From an uncultured Gemmatimonadales bacterium (GTDB lineage Bacteria; Gemmatimonadota; Gemmatimonadetes; Palauibacterales; Palauibacteraceae), in assembly GCA_963783385.1 (NCBI GenBank), contig CAWANJ010000002.1:224001-288000 (forward strand): 64,000 bases of DNA. Direction: 5' to 3'. Positions 9,641-19,631 of this stretch are shown here, piece after piece. Made by a program: the position numbers and the translations under genes. The notes below the pieces were generated by a model that saw only the letters and a program-made list of their open reading frames with translations, was not told the origin of the DNA and searched no databases. The stretch's first letter is position 1, and the number at the start of each line of letters is the position of its first letter.

Positions 9641-10135
9641 GTGAACGAGCCAGACGCAGCGGAGAGGACCGACGGGGAGTCGGTTACAGCCCCGAACCGG
9701 CTCGAGGAGGCCGCCGGCGAGGAGCGCGCGTCGCGTCGTTGGAAGGAGACGTACGGGCGCGGAGGCGCCGCGCCGTTCGGGTCCGGTGGCTGGCGGCGCA
9801 CCATGGGCCGCCCGGGCGTCGTGCCGGGGAAGGGCGGCGACTGGCGCGTGGCGCTCCAGGCCTACGTGACCGGGCACGACCTCGGCCGGGATTCGGAGCG
9901 CAAGCTGTCGGACGGGATCCGGGTCACCGGTCGGATCGACCGCGCGGAGCGGGGCCGGGAGGTCGAAGCGGGCGGCGCCGAGTCCGGGGCCTCGGCGGAG
10001 GCGCGCCCCGGGACCCGCCGGATTCCGGTGCCGGAGCGGCTCGACTTCCACAGGAGCGCCGGGACCTGGAGGCGGCACCTCCCGCTCGGGAGGCGTGGCG
10101 GCCGGGACGCCCGGGACGACGACACGGCCCGGTAG
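9641..10135 (+). CDS. hypothetical protein
   Basis: Starts 3 nt after the frr stop and bridges to tilS. No motif recognised. Confidence 0.45.
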   Translation: MNEPDAAERTDGESVTAPNRLEEAAGEERASRRWKETYGRGGAAPFGSGGWRRTMGRPGVVPGKGGDWRVALQAYVTGHDLGRDSERKLSDGIRVTGRIDRAERGREVEAGGAESGASAEARPGTRRIPVPERLDFHRSAGTWRRHLPLGRRGGRDARDDDTAR

Positions 10136-11513
10136 TCCGCCCGGAGACCTCCCGGGGCGTTTCGCGCGCCACCTGGAGCGCCGACCCGGCCTCCTCCCGC
10201 GTGGTTCGCGGGTCCTGGTGGCCGTCTCCGGGGGGCCGGACTCGATGGCCCTCCTCCACCTGCTGCTCGGCGTGGTGGACTCCCTGGACCTGCGGCTGGT
10301 GGCCGCCCACTTCGATCACGGCCTCCGGGCCGCGAGCGCCGCGGAAGCCGAGCGTGTCCGGGATTGGGTCGTCGCCGCGGGAGTCGGGTGCCGCTCGGGT
10401 CGGCCGGCCGAGCCCCTGCCACCCCGCCAGGAGGACCTCAGGCGCGCCCGCTACGCCTTCCTCCGCCGGATCGCGCGGGAGGAGGACGCTTCGCGCATCG
10501 CGACCGGCCACCAGGCCGACGACCAGGCCGAGACCATCCTGTTCAGGATCCTGCGGGGTACGGGGATCCGCGGACTGGGAGGCATCCCGGCGCGACGGGG
10601 AGTCATCGTCCGGCCGCTCCTGCCGTTCCGACGCCGCTCGCTGGAGGCGTACCTGCGCGAGCGACGGATTGCCTACGTGGTCGATCCCTCCAACCTCGAT
10701 CCCCGCTGGGACCGGGCCCGGCTCCGGACTCGCGTGCTCCCGGCCCTGGAGGCGAGCTGGGAGGGGCCGGTGCGCGAGCGGCTCCTGGAGCTGGGGCGCG
10801 CGGCGCGCCGGGCGGATCGGGCGCTCGAGGCCCGGGCGCGATCCGTGCTGGAGAGATGTCGGCTGGAGCGCGCAGCGCCCGACCGCTGGCAGGCGGGGGC
10901 CGAGGCGCTCGACCTGGACCGGCTTCGCGGCCTCGACCGGGAAGGGCTCGCCCGCGTCGTCCGCCGGGTGGCGCGGAAGGCCGGCGTTCGCCTCACGAAG
11001 GGCGGAACCCGGGCGGCGATGGAGTTTATCAGCGGAGGCCGGAGCGGGGGCCGCGTGGACCTGGGCGGCGGCTTGGTCGCCGCGCGGGAGTTCCGGGTCG
11101 TGTGGATCGGCCGACCGGGCCGGGCCGGGCCGGACACCACGCTGACGATCGACGGTCCCGAGCCCGGCCGCGGACGGGTTTCCCTGGGGGGACGGCCCGT
11201 CGTCGTGGCCTGGGAGCCCGGCCCCGAGCCGACCGCCCTCCGCGCACCGGTCGAGCTCGCGCTGGAGCGCATCGCCTTCCCGCTCGTCGTCCGGGGCTGG
11301 CGTGCGGGAGACCGCATTCGGATGGATGCGGGGACCCGCAAGCTCAAGAAGCTGTTCGGCGAGCGCAGGGTCCCGAGGAGCGCCCGCCGGCAGGTGCCGG
11401 TGGTGGTGTCGGCGGACGGCCGAGTGGTGGCCGTCGGCGGGCTGGCGGTGGACCCCGGGCTGCGGCCCGATGCCGCGGAGGAGCGGTTGATGCTTAGGAT
11501 CGAGGATGCCTGA
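10095..11513 (+). CDS. tilS: tRNA(Ile)-lysidine synthetase
   Basis: AVSGGPDS, HFDHGLR, ATGHQADDQAET, RPLL and DPSN motifs. Lies directly upstream of hpt-ftsH. Confidence 0.93.
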   Translation: MAAGTPGTTTRPGSPPGDLPGRFARHLERRPGLLPRGSRVLVAVSGGPDSMALLHLLLGVVDSLDLRLVAAHFDHGLRAASAAEAERVRDWVVAAGVGCRSGRPAEPLPPRQEDLRRARYAFLRRIAREEDASRIATGHQADDQAETILFRILRGTGIRGLGGIPARRGVIVRPLLPFRRRSLEAYLRERRIAYVVDPSNLDPRWDRARLRTRVLPALEASWEGPVRERLLELGRAARRADRALEARARSVLERCRLERAAPDRWQAGAEALDLDRLRGLDREGLARVVRRVARKAGVRLTKGGTRAAMEFISGGRSGGRVDLGGGLVAAREFRVVWIGRPGRAGPDTTLTIDGPEPGRGRVSLGGRPVVVAWEPGPEPTALRAPVELALERIAFPLVVRGWRAGDRIRMDAGTRKLKKLFGERRVPRSARRQVPVVVSADGRVVAVGGLAVDPGLRPDAAEERLMLRIEDA

Positions 11514-12072
11514 CGCGGCGTCCGTGATGGGCGCGGAGCTCTCCCGGGCCGGGGGACGCCGTCCCTGGCGTGTGGTCTACGAGGCCGGACGGCTCTCGGG
11601 CCGGGTGCGGACCCTGGGGGCCGAGATCACGTCGGCGTATCCGGAGGGCACGAGCCTGCTGATGCTGGGCTTGCTCAAGGGGTCCTTCATCTTCATGGCC
11701 GATCTTGTGCGTTGCATCGGTCTTCCCGTACACGTCGATTTTCTGGTGGTGTCGAGTTACGGGGATGGGAACACGTCGTCGGGCAGGGTCGACACCCTGT
11801 ACGAGGCGAACACATCGATCGAAGGTCGTCACGTGGTGCTGGTCGAGGATATCGTGGACAGCGGACATACGATCAACGAGCTTGTTCCCTCGCTTCGGGC
11901 GCGCGAGCCCGCCTCGCTGGAGGTGTGCGCGCTCCTGCACAAGCGCAAGGCCGAGGGCCTGGCTCTCGAGCCACGCTGGGTCGGCTTCGAGGCGCCCGAC
12001 GAGTTCCTGGTCGGCTACGGCCTGGACCACGCCGAGGACTTTCGCCACCTCCCGTTCATCGCGAGCCTCTGA
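11506..12072 (+). CDS. hpt: hypoxanthine phosphoribosyltransferase
   Basis: LLKGSFIFMADL, VEDIVDSGHT and FLVGYGLD. Confidence 0.93.
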   Translation: MPDAASVMGAELSRAGGRRPWRVVYEAGRLSGRVRTLGAEITSAYPEGTSLLMLGLLKGSFIFMADLVRCIGLPVHVDFLVVSSYGDGNTSSGRVDTLYEANTSIEGRHVVLVEDIVDSGHTINELVPSLRAREPASLEVCALLHKRKAEGLALEPRWVGFEAPDEFLVGYGLDHAEDFRHLPFIASL

Positions 12073-12081
12073 GGCCTTCGC

Positions 12082-14103
12082 ATGCCTGCATCGAGTCCGG
12101 GACCGGAGCGAGGGGGCGGAAACCGCAACAGCGGGAAGGCCAGCCGTTTCTTCCGCGCGGCTTCCTTCTGGGTGCTCATCCTCCTCGTGCCCCTGTTCAT
12201 CTACCAGCTCATGCAGGGGAACAAGACATCGCGCCAGGACCTGACCTACACGGAGTTCCAGTCCCAGCTCAAGGCCGACAACGTCCAGTCCGTCACGATC
12301 CGCAACGGCCACGAGGTCCAGGGTGCGCTGAAGAACGCCATCCAGCGCGATGGCGCGCAGGTCAAGCAGTTTCACACCCTGCTTCCGTTCGAGTCCAGCA
12401 TGGAGTTCGTGGCCCAGCTCCAGAAGGCCGGGGTGGACATCAGCCGGCAGGAGGCGGGGAGCAACTGGATGAACATCCTCGTCTCCGTGCTCCCGTGGGT
12501 CCTGATCATCGGCCTGTGGTTCTTCCTGTTCCGCCAGATGCAGGGCGGGAGCTCGCGCGCGTTCAGCTTCGGGAAGTCCAAGGCCAAGCTGCTGACCGGG
12601 GACACGCCCAAGGTCACCTTCGCCGACGTGGCCGGGTGCGACGAGGCCAAGGAGGAGCTCGAGGAGATCATCGAGTTCCTCAAGGACCCCGACCGGTTCA
12701 GCCGGTTGGGCGGGCGTCTGCCCAAGGGAGCCCTCCTGGTGGGGCCGCCGGGCACGGGCAAGACGCTCCTGGCACGGGCCGTGGCCGGGGAGGCCGGCCG
12801 TCCCTTCTTCTCGATGTCGGGCTCGGATTTCGTCGAGATGTTCGTGGGGGTGGGCGCCTCGAGGGTCCGTGACCTGTTCGAGCAGGGCAAGGCCCACGCT
12901 CCGTGTATCATCTTCATCGACGAGATCGACGCCGTGGGCCGGCACCGGGGTGCCGGGCTCGGGGGCGGCCACGACGAGCGCGAGCAGACCCTCAACCAGC
13001 TCCTCGTCGAGATGGATGGCTTCGAGGCCAACACGGGCGTCATCCTCCTGGCGGCCACGAACCGGCCCGACGTGCTCGACCCGGCGCTCCTGCGCCCGGG
13101 CCGCTTCGATCGTCAGATCGTCGTCGACAGCCCCGACGTGAAGGGCCGCGAGGGGATCCTGCGGGTGCACACGCGCAAGATCCCGCTCGCCGACGACGTG
13201 GACCTGGCCACCCTGGCCAAGGGGACCCCGGGGCTCTCGGGCGCGGAGCTCGAGAACATCGTCAACGAGGCCGCACTCCTGGCCGCCCGCAAGGGCAAGA
13301 ACCGGGTGTTCATGGACGACCTCGAGGCGGCCAAGGACAAGGTCATGCTCGGCGCCGAGCGCAAGAGCATGGTGATCTCGGACGAGGAGCGCCGGGTCAC
13401 GGCCTACCACGAGGCGGGGCACGCGGTGATCGCGCTGCGGGCTCCCGGGCTGGATCCCCTCCACAAGGTCACCATCGTGCCGCGCGGGCGAGCCCTCGGG
13501 ATCACGGCGTCGATCCCCGAGGAGGACCGGCACAACTACACGAGGTCCTGGCTCGAGGGTCGGCTCAAGATGCTGTTCGGCGGCCGCGTGGCCGAGGAGA
13601 TGATCTTCGGGGCGGAGAAGATCACCACCGGGGCCGGAAACGACATCGAGCGCGCCACCGAGATGGCCCGACGGATGGTGACCCAGTTCGGGATGTCCGA
13701 CGCGATCGGGCCCATGTCGGTCGGAGACCCGGACCACGAGATCTTCCTGGGCCGGGACCTCAGCCAGCGCCGGTCCGTGAGCGAGAAGACCGCGCAGCTG
13801 GTCGACTCCGAGATCAAGCGGATCCTGGACGCGGCGTACCGGTCCGCCCGGAAGGTCCTCGAGGAGTACCGGGACCTGCTGGAGCGCATCGCACAGGCGC
13901 TCCTGGAGCGGGAGACGCTCGACGCCGGCGAGATCGGGGCACTCGAGGCCGGACAGCCGCTGCCGCCGCTCCCGGCGACCGACTCGGCGGAGGCCGCCGG
14001 CACGGCCGGGCAGGAGGCCGCGGCCCGTCAGCGCCGGGCCAGCGACAAGGGCCGAACGGTAGAGGGGACCGGGGGGGGCGAGCCGTCGCCCGTCCCGGCT
14101 TGA
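12082..14103 (+). CDS. ftsH: ATP-dependent zinc metalloprotease FtsH
   Basis: Two TM segments, [17 protein letters not shown] motif and HEAGH. Confidence 0.98.
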   Translation: MPASSPGPERGGGNRNSGKASRFFRAASFWVLILLVPLFIYQLMQGNKTSRQDLTYTEFQSQLKADNVQSVTIRNGHEVQGALKNAIQRDGAQVKQFHTLLPFESSMEFVAQLQKAGVDISRQEAGSNWMNILVSVLPWVLIIGLWFFLFRQMQGGSSRAFSFGKSKAKLLTGDTPKVTFADVAGCDEAKEELEEIIEFLKDPDRFSRLGGRLPKGALLVGPPGTGKTLLARAVAGEAGRPFFSMSGSDFVEMFVGVGASRVRDLFEQGKAHAPCIIFIDEIDAVGRHRGAGLGGGHDEREQTLNQLLVEMDGFEANTGVILLAATNRPDVLDPALLRPGRFDRQIVVDSPDVKGREGILRVHTRKIPLADDVDLATLAKGTPGLSGAELENIVNEAALLAARKGKNRVFMDDLEAAKDKVMLGAERKSMVISDEERRVTAYHEAGHAVIALRAPGLDPLHKVTIVPRGRALGITASIPEEDRHNYTRSWLEGRLKMLFGGRVAEEMIFGAEKITTGAGNDIERATEMARRMVTQFGMSDAIGPMSVGDPDHEIFLGRDLSQRRSVSEKTAQLVDSEIKRILDAAYRSARKVLEEYRDLLERIAQALLERETLDAGEIGALEAGQPLPPLPATDSAEAAGTAGQEAAARQRRASDKGRTVEGTGGGEPSPVPA

Positions 14104-14120
14104 CGGCCGGAAGGAGCCCG

Positions 14121-15008
14121 GTGTCGCCCTCGGGCTGGCGGATCCGCACCGGAATCCTGCCGCTGGATCGACCGCTCATCCTGGGCGTGCTCAACGTCAC
14201 GCCCGACTCCTTCTCGGATGGGGGGCGGCATCTGGAGCCGGGCGCCGCGCTCGACCATGCGTGGCGCCTGGTGGAAGAGGGAGCCGACCTCATCGATGTG
14301 GGCGGGGAGTCGTCGCGGCCGGGCGCGGCCCCCGTCACCGCCCGCGAGGAGTGGCACCGGATCGGTCCCGTGGTGGAGAGGGCGTCGGAGTTGCCGGTGC
14401 CCCTGTCGATCGACACGACGAAGCGCGAGGTGGCTGCCCTGGCGCTCGAGGCGGGCGCGGCGGTGCTCAACGACATCTCCGCCCTCCGATTCGATCCCCG
14501 TCTCGCCGATCTTGCCGCCGCTTCGGGCGCGGGGCTCATCCTCATGCACATGCGTGGCGAGCCGCGGACGATGCAGGAGGATGTCGCGTACCACGACCTC
14601 ATGGGAGAGGTGAAGGCCGATCTGGCCGCCGCCGTCGCGACGGCGACCGCGCGAGGCTGCGGCCGGGACCAGCTCGTCGTCGACCCCGGCATCGGCTTCG
14701 GCAAGTCGCCGCGGGGCAACGCGGAGCTCCTCGCCCGCCTTCCCGAGCTGGCCGGGCTCGGGTTGCCGGTGCTCGTGGGACCGTCCCGGAAGTCGTTCAT
14801 CGGCCAGCTCCTGGGCGTGCCCGTGGAGCAGCGGCTCGAGGGCACGCTCGCCGCCTGCGTGGCGGCTCTGGACCGGGGGGCGCGGCTGTTCCGCGTCCAC
14901 GACGTGGCGCCGGCGCGCAGGGCCCTGGACCTCGCGGACGCCGTGCGGCGGGAGGGGGCCGGACGACCGTCAGCCGCCTCCGCGCCCGTGGGAACCGGAC
15001 AGGGCTGA
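14121..15008 (+). CDS. folP: dihydropteroate synthase
   Basis: GVLNVTPDSFSDGG, DPGIGFGK, SRKSF and RVHDV. AAGGAG RBS before the GTG. Confidence 0.95.
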   Translation: MSPSGWRIRTGILPLDRPLILGVLNVTPDSFSDGGRHLEPGAALDHAWRLVEEGADLIDVGGESSRPGAAPVTAREEWHRIGPVVERASELPVPLSIDTTKREVAALALEAGAAVLNDISALRFDPRLADLAAASGAGLILMHMRGEPRTMQEDVAYHDLMGEVKADLAAAVATATARGCGRDQLVVDPGIGFGKSPRGNAELLARLPELAGLGLPVLVGPSRKSFIGQLLGVPVEQRLEGTLAACVAALDRGARLFRVHDVAPARRALDLADAVRREGAGRPSAASAPVGTGQG

Positions 15009-15014
15009 GCCGCC

Positions 15015-15878
15015 ATGCAGACTCTCCTCGACTACGTCCGCTACCTGCAGATCGGCCCGAAGGACGTCATCGAGGTCCTCCTGGTCGGCTACGTCTTCTA
15101 CCGCATCCTCCTGCTGTGGACCGGGACGAGGGCACTCCAGATCCTGTTCGGCCTCGTGCTGCTCGTCGCGGTGCACGCCGTGGCCCGCCTCCTCGACCTC
15201 AGCCTCATCAGCTACCTTCTCTCGCAGGCGTTCACCTACGGGGCGTTCGCCCTGATCGTGGTGTTCCAGCCGGAGCTTCGGAACGCGCTCGCCCAGCTCG
15301 GACGGAACCGTGTGTGGCGCCTCTTCGCCCGCATGGAGGAGAGCGAGGTGGCCGGTGCGATCGCCGAGGCGGCGGGACGGCTGGCGCGTGCCAGGATCGG
15401 GGGGCTCATCGCCATCGAGCAGGAAGTGGGGCTGGGGGAGTACGCCGACACCGGCACCCGGGTCGGGGCCGAAGTCTCGGCGGAGCTCCTGACCACGATC
15501 TTCACCCCCTACTCGCCCCTGCACGACGGAGCGGTCATCGTGCGCGGCGACCAGATCATGGCCGCCGGCTGCATCCTGCCGCTCACCCAGTTCCCCGTGG
15601 AGGACCGTTCCCTGGGCACGCGCCACCGCGCCGCCCTGGGGCTGTCGGAAGAGACCGACGCGTATGTGGTGGTGATCTCGGAGGAGACCAGCCAGATCTC
15701 CCTGGCCCACCGCGGACAGTTGACCCGCGACCTCAGTCCCGAGGCGCTGCGGAGTCGACTGGCATCGGGCGAACCGGGAAGCCTTCCGTCGAGCCCGGAC
15801 CCCCGTGCCGGGGACAGCTCCGCGGCCGAAGGGGATGCGTCCGGGGAGCCGCTGCCCGTGCCGGCCGGCGAGAATTGA
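15015..15878 (+). CDS. cdaA: membrane-bound diadenylate cyclase CdaA/DacA
   Basis: Three N-terminal TM segments, VFQPELR, LHDGA, GTRHRAA and SEET motifs. Confidence 0.93.
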   Translation: MQTLLDYVRYLQIGPKDVIEVLLVGYVFYRILLLWTGTRALQILFGLVLLVAVHAVARLLDLSLISYLLSQAFTYGAFALIVVFQPELRNALAQLGRNRVWRLFARMEESEVAGAIAEAAGRLARARIGGLIAIEQEVGLGEYADTGTRVGAEVSAELLTTIFTPYSPLHDGAVIVRGDQIMAAGCILPLTQFPVEDRSLGTRHRAALGLSEETDAYVVVISEETSQISLAHRGQLTRDLSPEALRSRLASGEPGSLPSSPDPRAGDSSAAEGDASGEPLPVPAGEN

Positions 15879-15895
15879 TATTCTCGGGATGTTCG

Positions 15896-15924
15896 TTGAC
15901 GAGGCCTTAGACGGCCCGTAGAAT
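15896..15924 (+). promoter_or_regulatory. sigma70-type promoter of exbB-exbD-exbD-tonB
   Basis: TTGACG-N17-TAGAAT. Confidence 0.75.
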
Positions 15925-15987
15925 GAGGCGGCTCGGACGGGGCCCGAGCCGGAAGTGTCGTGCGCTCACCCAGGACGGGAGGCGGCA

Positions 15988-16662
15988 TTGCAGCCAGGTG
16001 GACCAACCTTCAAGCTGCTCACGCTGTTCAAGGACGGGGGCTTCATGATGTATCCCCTCATCCTCTGCTCACTCGTGGCCCTCGGCGTCATCATCGCCAA
16101 GGCGTGGACCCTGTGGGTGGCGCACCGGGAGTCCCGGAAGCTGCTGACCGAGATCGAGGAGCTGGGCGTGGCGGGTCGCCTGGACGCCGCGATCGAGAAG
16201 GCGGCCGAGACGCCCGGACCCGTGGCGGCGATCCTCCTGGCCGGCCTGCGCCGGGTCCGCGAGGAGCATACGGAGGCCGACGTCGAAGCGGCCATCAGCA
16301 CCACCGGCAACACCGAGGTGGACTTCCTGGAGCGCGGTCTCGTCGTGCTGGCTACGATCGCGAACGTGGCCCCGATGCTCGGGTTCCTCGGGACCGTGAT
16401 CGGGATGATCCTGGCCTTCGCGGCCATCGAGCAGGCCGGGCAGGTGGAGCCGACGCTGGTGGCCGGGGGTATCAAGGTCGCACTGATCACGACCGCGGCC
16501 GGGTTGACGATCGCAATCCCCGTGAACGTGGCGTACAACTTCTTCGTGACGCGGATCGACAAGCTGATCGCCGACATGGAGGAGGGCTCCCAGACGGTGC
16601 TCGACCTCATTTGGAAGATCGAGACGGGTCAGGGCCGGGGCACCGCCAGCCCCCGCGGCTGA
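15988..16662 (+). CDS. exbB: MotA/TolQ/ExbB proton channel protein
   Basis: GGFMMYPL, APMLGFLGTVIGMI and ALITTAAGL.IAIP. TTG start after GGAGG. Confidence 0.9.
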   Translation: MQPGGPTFKLLTLFKDGGFMMYPLILCSLVALGVIIAKAWTLWVAHRESRKLLTEIEELGVAGRLDAAIEKAAETPGPVAAILLAGLRRVREEHTEADVEAAISTTGNTEVDFLERGLVVLATIANVAPMLGFLGTVIGMILAFAAIEQAGQVEPTLVAGGIKVALITTAAGLTIAIPVNVAYNFFVTRIDKLIADMEEGSQTVLDLIWKIETGQGRGTASPRG

Positions 16663-16695
16663 TCCACTCGCAGACGACGCCGACCGGAGAGGACC

Positions 16696-17121
16696 ATGCC
16701 CCTTCTTCAACGTAGAGAGCGGGTCTCGGACGAGATCCCGACGGCCTCACTGGCCGACATCGCGTTCCTGCTCCTCATCTTCTTCCTGACCACGACGGTC
16801 TTCAACGAGGAGCGGGGCCTGCCGATCGTCCTGCCGGAGAAGTCCAAGGAGCAGGCCGTCGCCGCCAAGAACATCATCTTCTTCCTGGTGCAGGCGGACG
16901 GGCGGGTGGTGGTGAAGCGCGGCCAGAGCGAAGAGACGCAGACCGTCACGGCGGAGCAGGTGTCGGGCATCATGCGCCAGGAGCTGGCTGCCAACCCGAA
17001 CATCATCGCGGCCATCAAGACGGACCCCAAGGCGCCCTACCGGGATATGATACACGTGCTGGACGGGGTGAAAGACGCCGGAGCGGACAGGATCTCCCTC
17101 CAGATGCTGGGTGAGGACTAG
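16696..17121 (+). CDS. exbD: biopolymer transporter ExbD
   Basis: SLADIAFLLLIFF TM segment with the essential Asp. Confidence 0.9.
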   Translation: MPLLQRRERVSDEIPTASLADIAFLLLIFFLTTTVFNEERGLPIVLPEKSKEQAVAAKNIIFFLVQADGRVVVKRGQSEETQTVTAEQVSGIMRQELAANPNIIAAIKTDPKAPYRDMIHVLDGVKDAGADRISLQMLGED

Positions 17122-17124
17122 GTT

Positions 17125-17577
17125 ATGGGGCTCAGGGGCGGGCAAGGCGGCTTCAGCCGGAAGTCGAGGGCCAGCAGCGAGATTCCGACCTCCTCGCTGG
17201 CTGACATCGCGTTCCTCCTGCTCATCTTCTTCATGGTGACGACGGTGTTTCGGAAGGAGAAGAAGCGGGAGATCGACTGGCCCAAGGCCCAGGCGACCAA
17301 GAAGGTCGACACGAAGCGCAAGAACATCCTGCACATCTGGCTGACCAGGACGGGCAAAGTCTGGATCAACGACCAGGACGTGCCGTTCGACCAGATCGGC
17401 GACCTCGTGCGGCCGATCTACGCGGAGAACCGGCAGCTGGTGGTCGAGGTCCGGGCCGACCGCGACGTGCCCTACAGCATGGTGAACACGATCACGAAGC
17501 AGCTTCAGGCTGCGGGCGCTGTCCGGGTGGTGTTCGGTACCCGACTGGCCCAGCGAGTCAACAGGCCGAGGAGGTAA
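17125..17577 (+). CDS. exbD: biopolymer transporter ExbD (second copy)
   Basis: SLADIAFLLLIFFMV and VRADRDVPY. Confidence 0.9.
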   Translation: MGLRGGQGGFSRKSRASSEIPTSSLADIAFLLLIFFMVTTVFRKEKKREIDWPKAQATKKVDTKRKNILHIWLTRTGKVWINDQDVPFDQIGDLVRPIYAENRQLVVEVRADRDVPYSMVNTITKQLQAAGAVRVVFGTRLAQRVNRPRR

Positions 17578-17579
17578 CC

Positions 17580-18266
17580 ATGGCGGCCGACACGCGGAAC
17601 GACCGGAGGGGCGTGAGCACCACGATGCGCACCGCCAACGACGACTTCAAGCGCAGCTACGCCACGTGGGTCTACATCGGCCTGATCGCCGCGGTGGCCT
17701 TCCACTTCGGTCTGGTGGAGTTCTTCCCCCAGCTCCATGCAGAGAACATGGGCACGGAGAACAAGTCGCTGAAGGCGGTCCAGCTCCCGCCCGAGGTGAA
17801 GATCCCGCCCCCGCCCAAGCAGATCGCGCGGCCGGCGACGCCCAAGGTGGCGGCCGCCAACGTCAAGGAGGACGTCACCATCGCCCCCACGACGTTCGAG
17901 CAGAACCCGGTGGAGCAGCTCCCGCCGCCGCCCAAGGCGGGGAGCCCGTCGGACCGGCCGTCATTCATCCCGCGTGACGTGGACCCCAAGCTCGAGAACC
18001 CGGGTGAGATCCAGCGGCTTCTCCAGCGGCTGTATCCGCCGTCCCTCAAGGATGTCGGGATCGGCGGCCGGGTCGTGCTGTGGCTGTGGGTGGACGACAA
18101 GGGCCAGGTCGGCAAGACCGTGGTCCAGGAGTCCAGCGGCTACGACGCGCTGGACCAGGCCGCGGCCAAGGTGGCGGTGAACATGAAGTTCAAGGCGGCC
18201 ATCAACCGCGACAAGCCGATCGGCGTGTGGATCGCCCAGCCCATCACCTTCGAGGTGAAGCGGTAG
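17580..18266 (+). CDS. tonB: energy transducer TonB
   Basis: TM segment with His, Pro-rich linker, and YP....GIGGRV...SSGY.ALD.AA C-terminal domain. Confidence 0.88.
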   Translation: MAADTRNDRRGVSTTMRTANDDFKRSYATWVYIGLIAAVAFHFGLVEFFPQLHAENMGTENKSLKAVQLPPEVKIPPPPKQIARPATPKVAAANVKEDVTIAPTTFEQNPVEQLPPPPKAGSPSDRPSFIPRDVDPKLENPGEIQRLLQRLYPPSLKDVGIGGRVVLWLWVDDKGQVGKTVVQESSGYDALDQAAAKVAVNMKFKAAINRDKPIGVWIAQPITFEVKR

Positions 18267-18295
18267 CGGCACGCCGGGTGCTCGGCCGACGGTCA

Positions 18296-18334
18296 GCGAG
18301 AGCCGCCCGGGTGGACCGGGCGGCTCTCGCGTTT
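18296..18334 (+). terminator. strong hairpin after tonB
   Basis: 15-bp perfect stem GCGAGAGCCGCCCGG/CCGGGCGGCTCTCGC followed by GTTT. Confidence 0.65.
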
Positions 18335-18342
18335 CGGGGGTC

Positions 18343-19065
18343 ATGACCGCCCGGGCTGCGTCCATCTCCGACCGTCTCGAACAGCTGCGGGAGCGGATCG
18401 CAGCCGCCGCGGACCGGGCCGGACGCCCGGCCGACGGTGTCGAGATCGTGGCGGTGACCAAGGGGCATCCCGCAGAGGCTCTGAGTGCCGTGGCGGCGGC
18501 GGGCCTGCGCTGCGTGGGCGAGAACCGCGTCGGCGAGGCGGAGGCCAAGCAGGAGCGCCTGGGCCGCCTGGGACTGTGCTGGCACATGATCGGTCACCTG
18601 CAGCGTAACAAGGTCGAGCGCGCCGTGGCGATGTTCGACGAGCTCGAGTCGCTGGACTCGGAGCGACTCGCGGAGAAGCTCCAGCGCGAGCTGGTGGCCG
18701 CGGGACGCGACGGGTTCCCGGTGCTCGTCCAGGTCAACACGTCCGGCGAGGCCTCCAAGGGCGGCTTCGAAGCCAGTGATCCGTCCGAGGCCGCGCGGAT
18801 GATCGAGGCCGTCCAACGAGTCTGCGAGCTCCCGGCACTCCACGTGCGGGGATTGATGACCATGGCACCGCTCACCGGGGACGCCTCCGTGGTGCGGGCC
18901 ACCTTCCGGCGAGCCCGGGAGCTGTTCGAGCGCTGCGGGCGGGACGTGGACGGGTTCGAGCCGACGGTCCTGTCCATGGGAATGAGCAACGATTTCGAGA
19001 TCGCGGTGGAGGAGGGCAGCACCCGGCTCCGGCTGGGTACGGCCCTGGTCGGAGAGAGGCCATGA
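18343..19065 (+). CDS. yggS: PLP homeostasis protein YggS
   Basis: VAVTK, GENRV, WHMIGHLQRNK, GLMTMAP and LSMGMSNDF. Confidence 0.95.
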   Translation: MTARAASISDRLEQLRERIAAAADRAGRPADGVEIVAVTKGHPAEALSAVAAAGLRCVGENRVGEAEAKQERLGRLGLCWHMIGHLQRNKVERAVAMFDELESLDSERLAEKLQRELVAAGRDGFPVLVQVNTSGEASKGGFEASDPSEAARMIEAVQRVCELPALHVRGLMTMAPLTGDASVVRATFRRARELFERCGRDVDGFEPTVLSMGMSNDFEIAVEEGSTRLRLGTALVGERP

Positions 19066-19631
19066 TCGAGCTGTCCCCGCTGGACGTACGCAAGAAGAAG
19101 GAAGACTTTCGCCGCGCCATGCGGGGCTACGATCCCGAGCAGGTGGACGCCTTCCTGGAGCTGGCCGCCGAGCGGCTGGGAGCCCTGCTGGCCGAGGAGC
19201 GGAGCCTGCGCGAGCGGATCGGCGTTCTCGAGGAGAAGCTCGGTCGATTCGAGGAGCGGGAGAAGGCCCTCAACGACGCGCTGCTGGCGGCCCAGGAGCT
19301 GCGCGAGGAGGCGCGCTCCCAGGCCGAGCGCGAAGCGGACCTCCGCATACAGGAGGCGGAGGCGCGGGCGGAGCAGATCGTCCAGGAGGCGCGCGAGGAG
19401 GAGCGGTCCGCCGAGCGCCGGCTGGAGGACCTGAGGATCCGCCGCGAGCGCTTCCTGCGCTCCTTCCGGGACACGCTGGAGCGCTTCCTCGAGGAGCTCG
19501 AGGCCGAGCAGGCCCGCCTGCGGGCCGACCCGGACCGCGAGCCGTCCGCGCGGTCCGTGCCCGAGCATCGGGATCCGCCCGCCATCCGGCTGGAGGGATC
19601 GGGCGGCCCGCCGGCCGGCGAGGGGTCGTGA
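19062..19631 (+). CDS. divIVA: DivIVA domain protein
   Basis: LSPLDV...F...MRGYDPEQVDAFL followed by a coiled coil. Confidence 0.85.
   Translation: MIELSPLDVRKKKEDFRRAMRGYDPEQVDAFLELAAERLGALLAEERSLRERIGVLEEKLGRFEEREKALNDALLAAQELREEARSQAEREADLRIQEAEARAEQIVQEAREEERSAERRLEDLRIRRERFLRSFRDTLERFLEELEAEQARLRADPDREPSARSVPEHRDPPAIRLEGSGGPPAGEGS

Noticed and set aside
16730-17235. Near-identical segments in two adjacent genes
   Set aside because: This is the conserved TM motif of the common tandem exbD pair.
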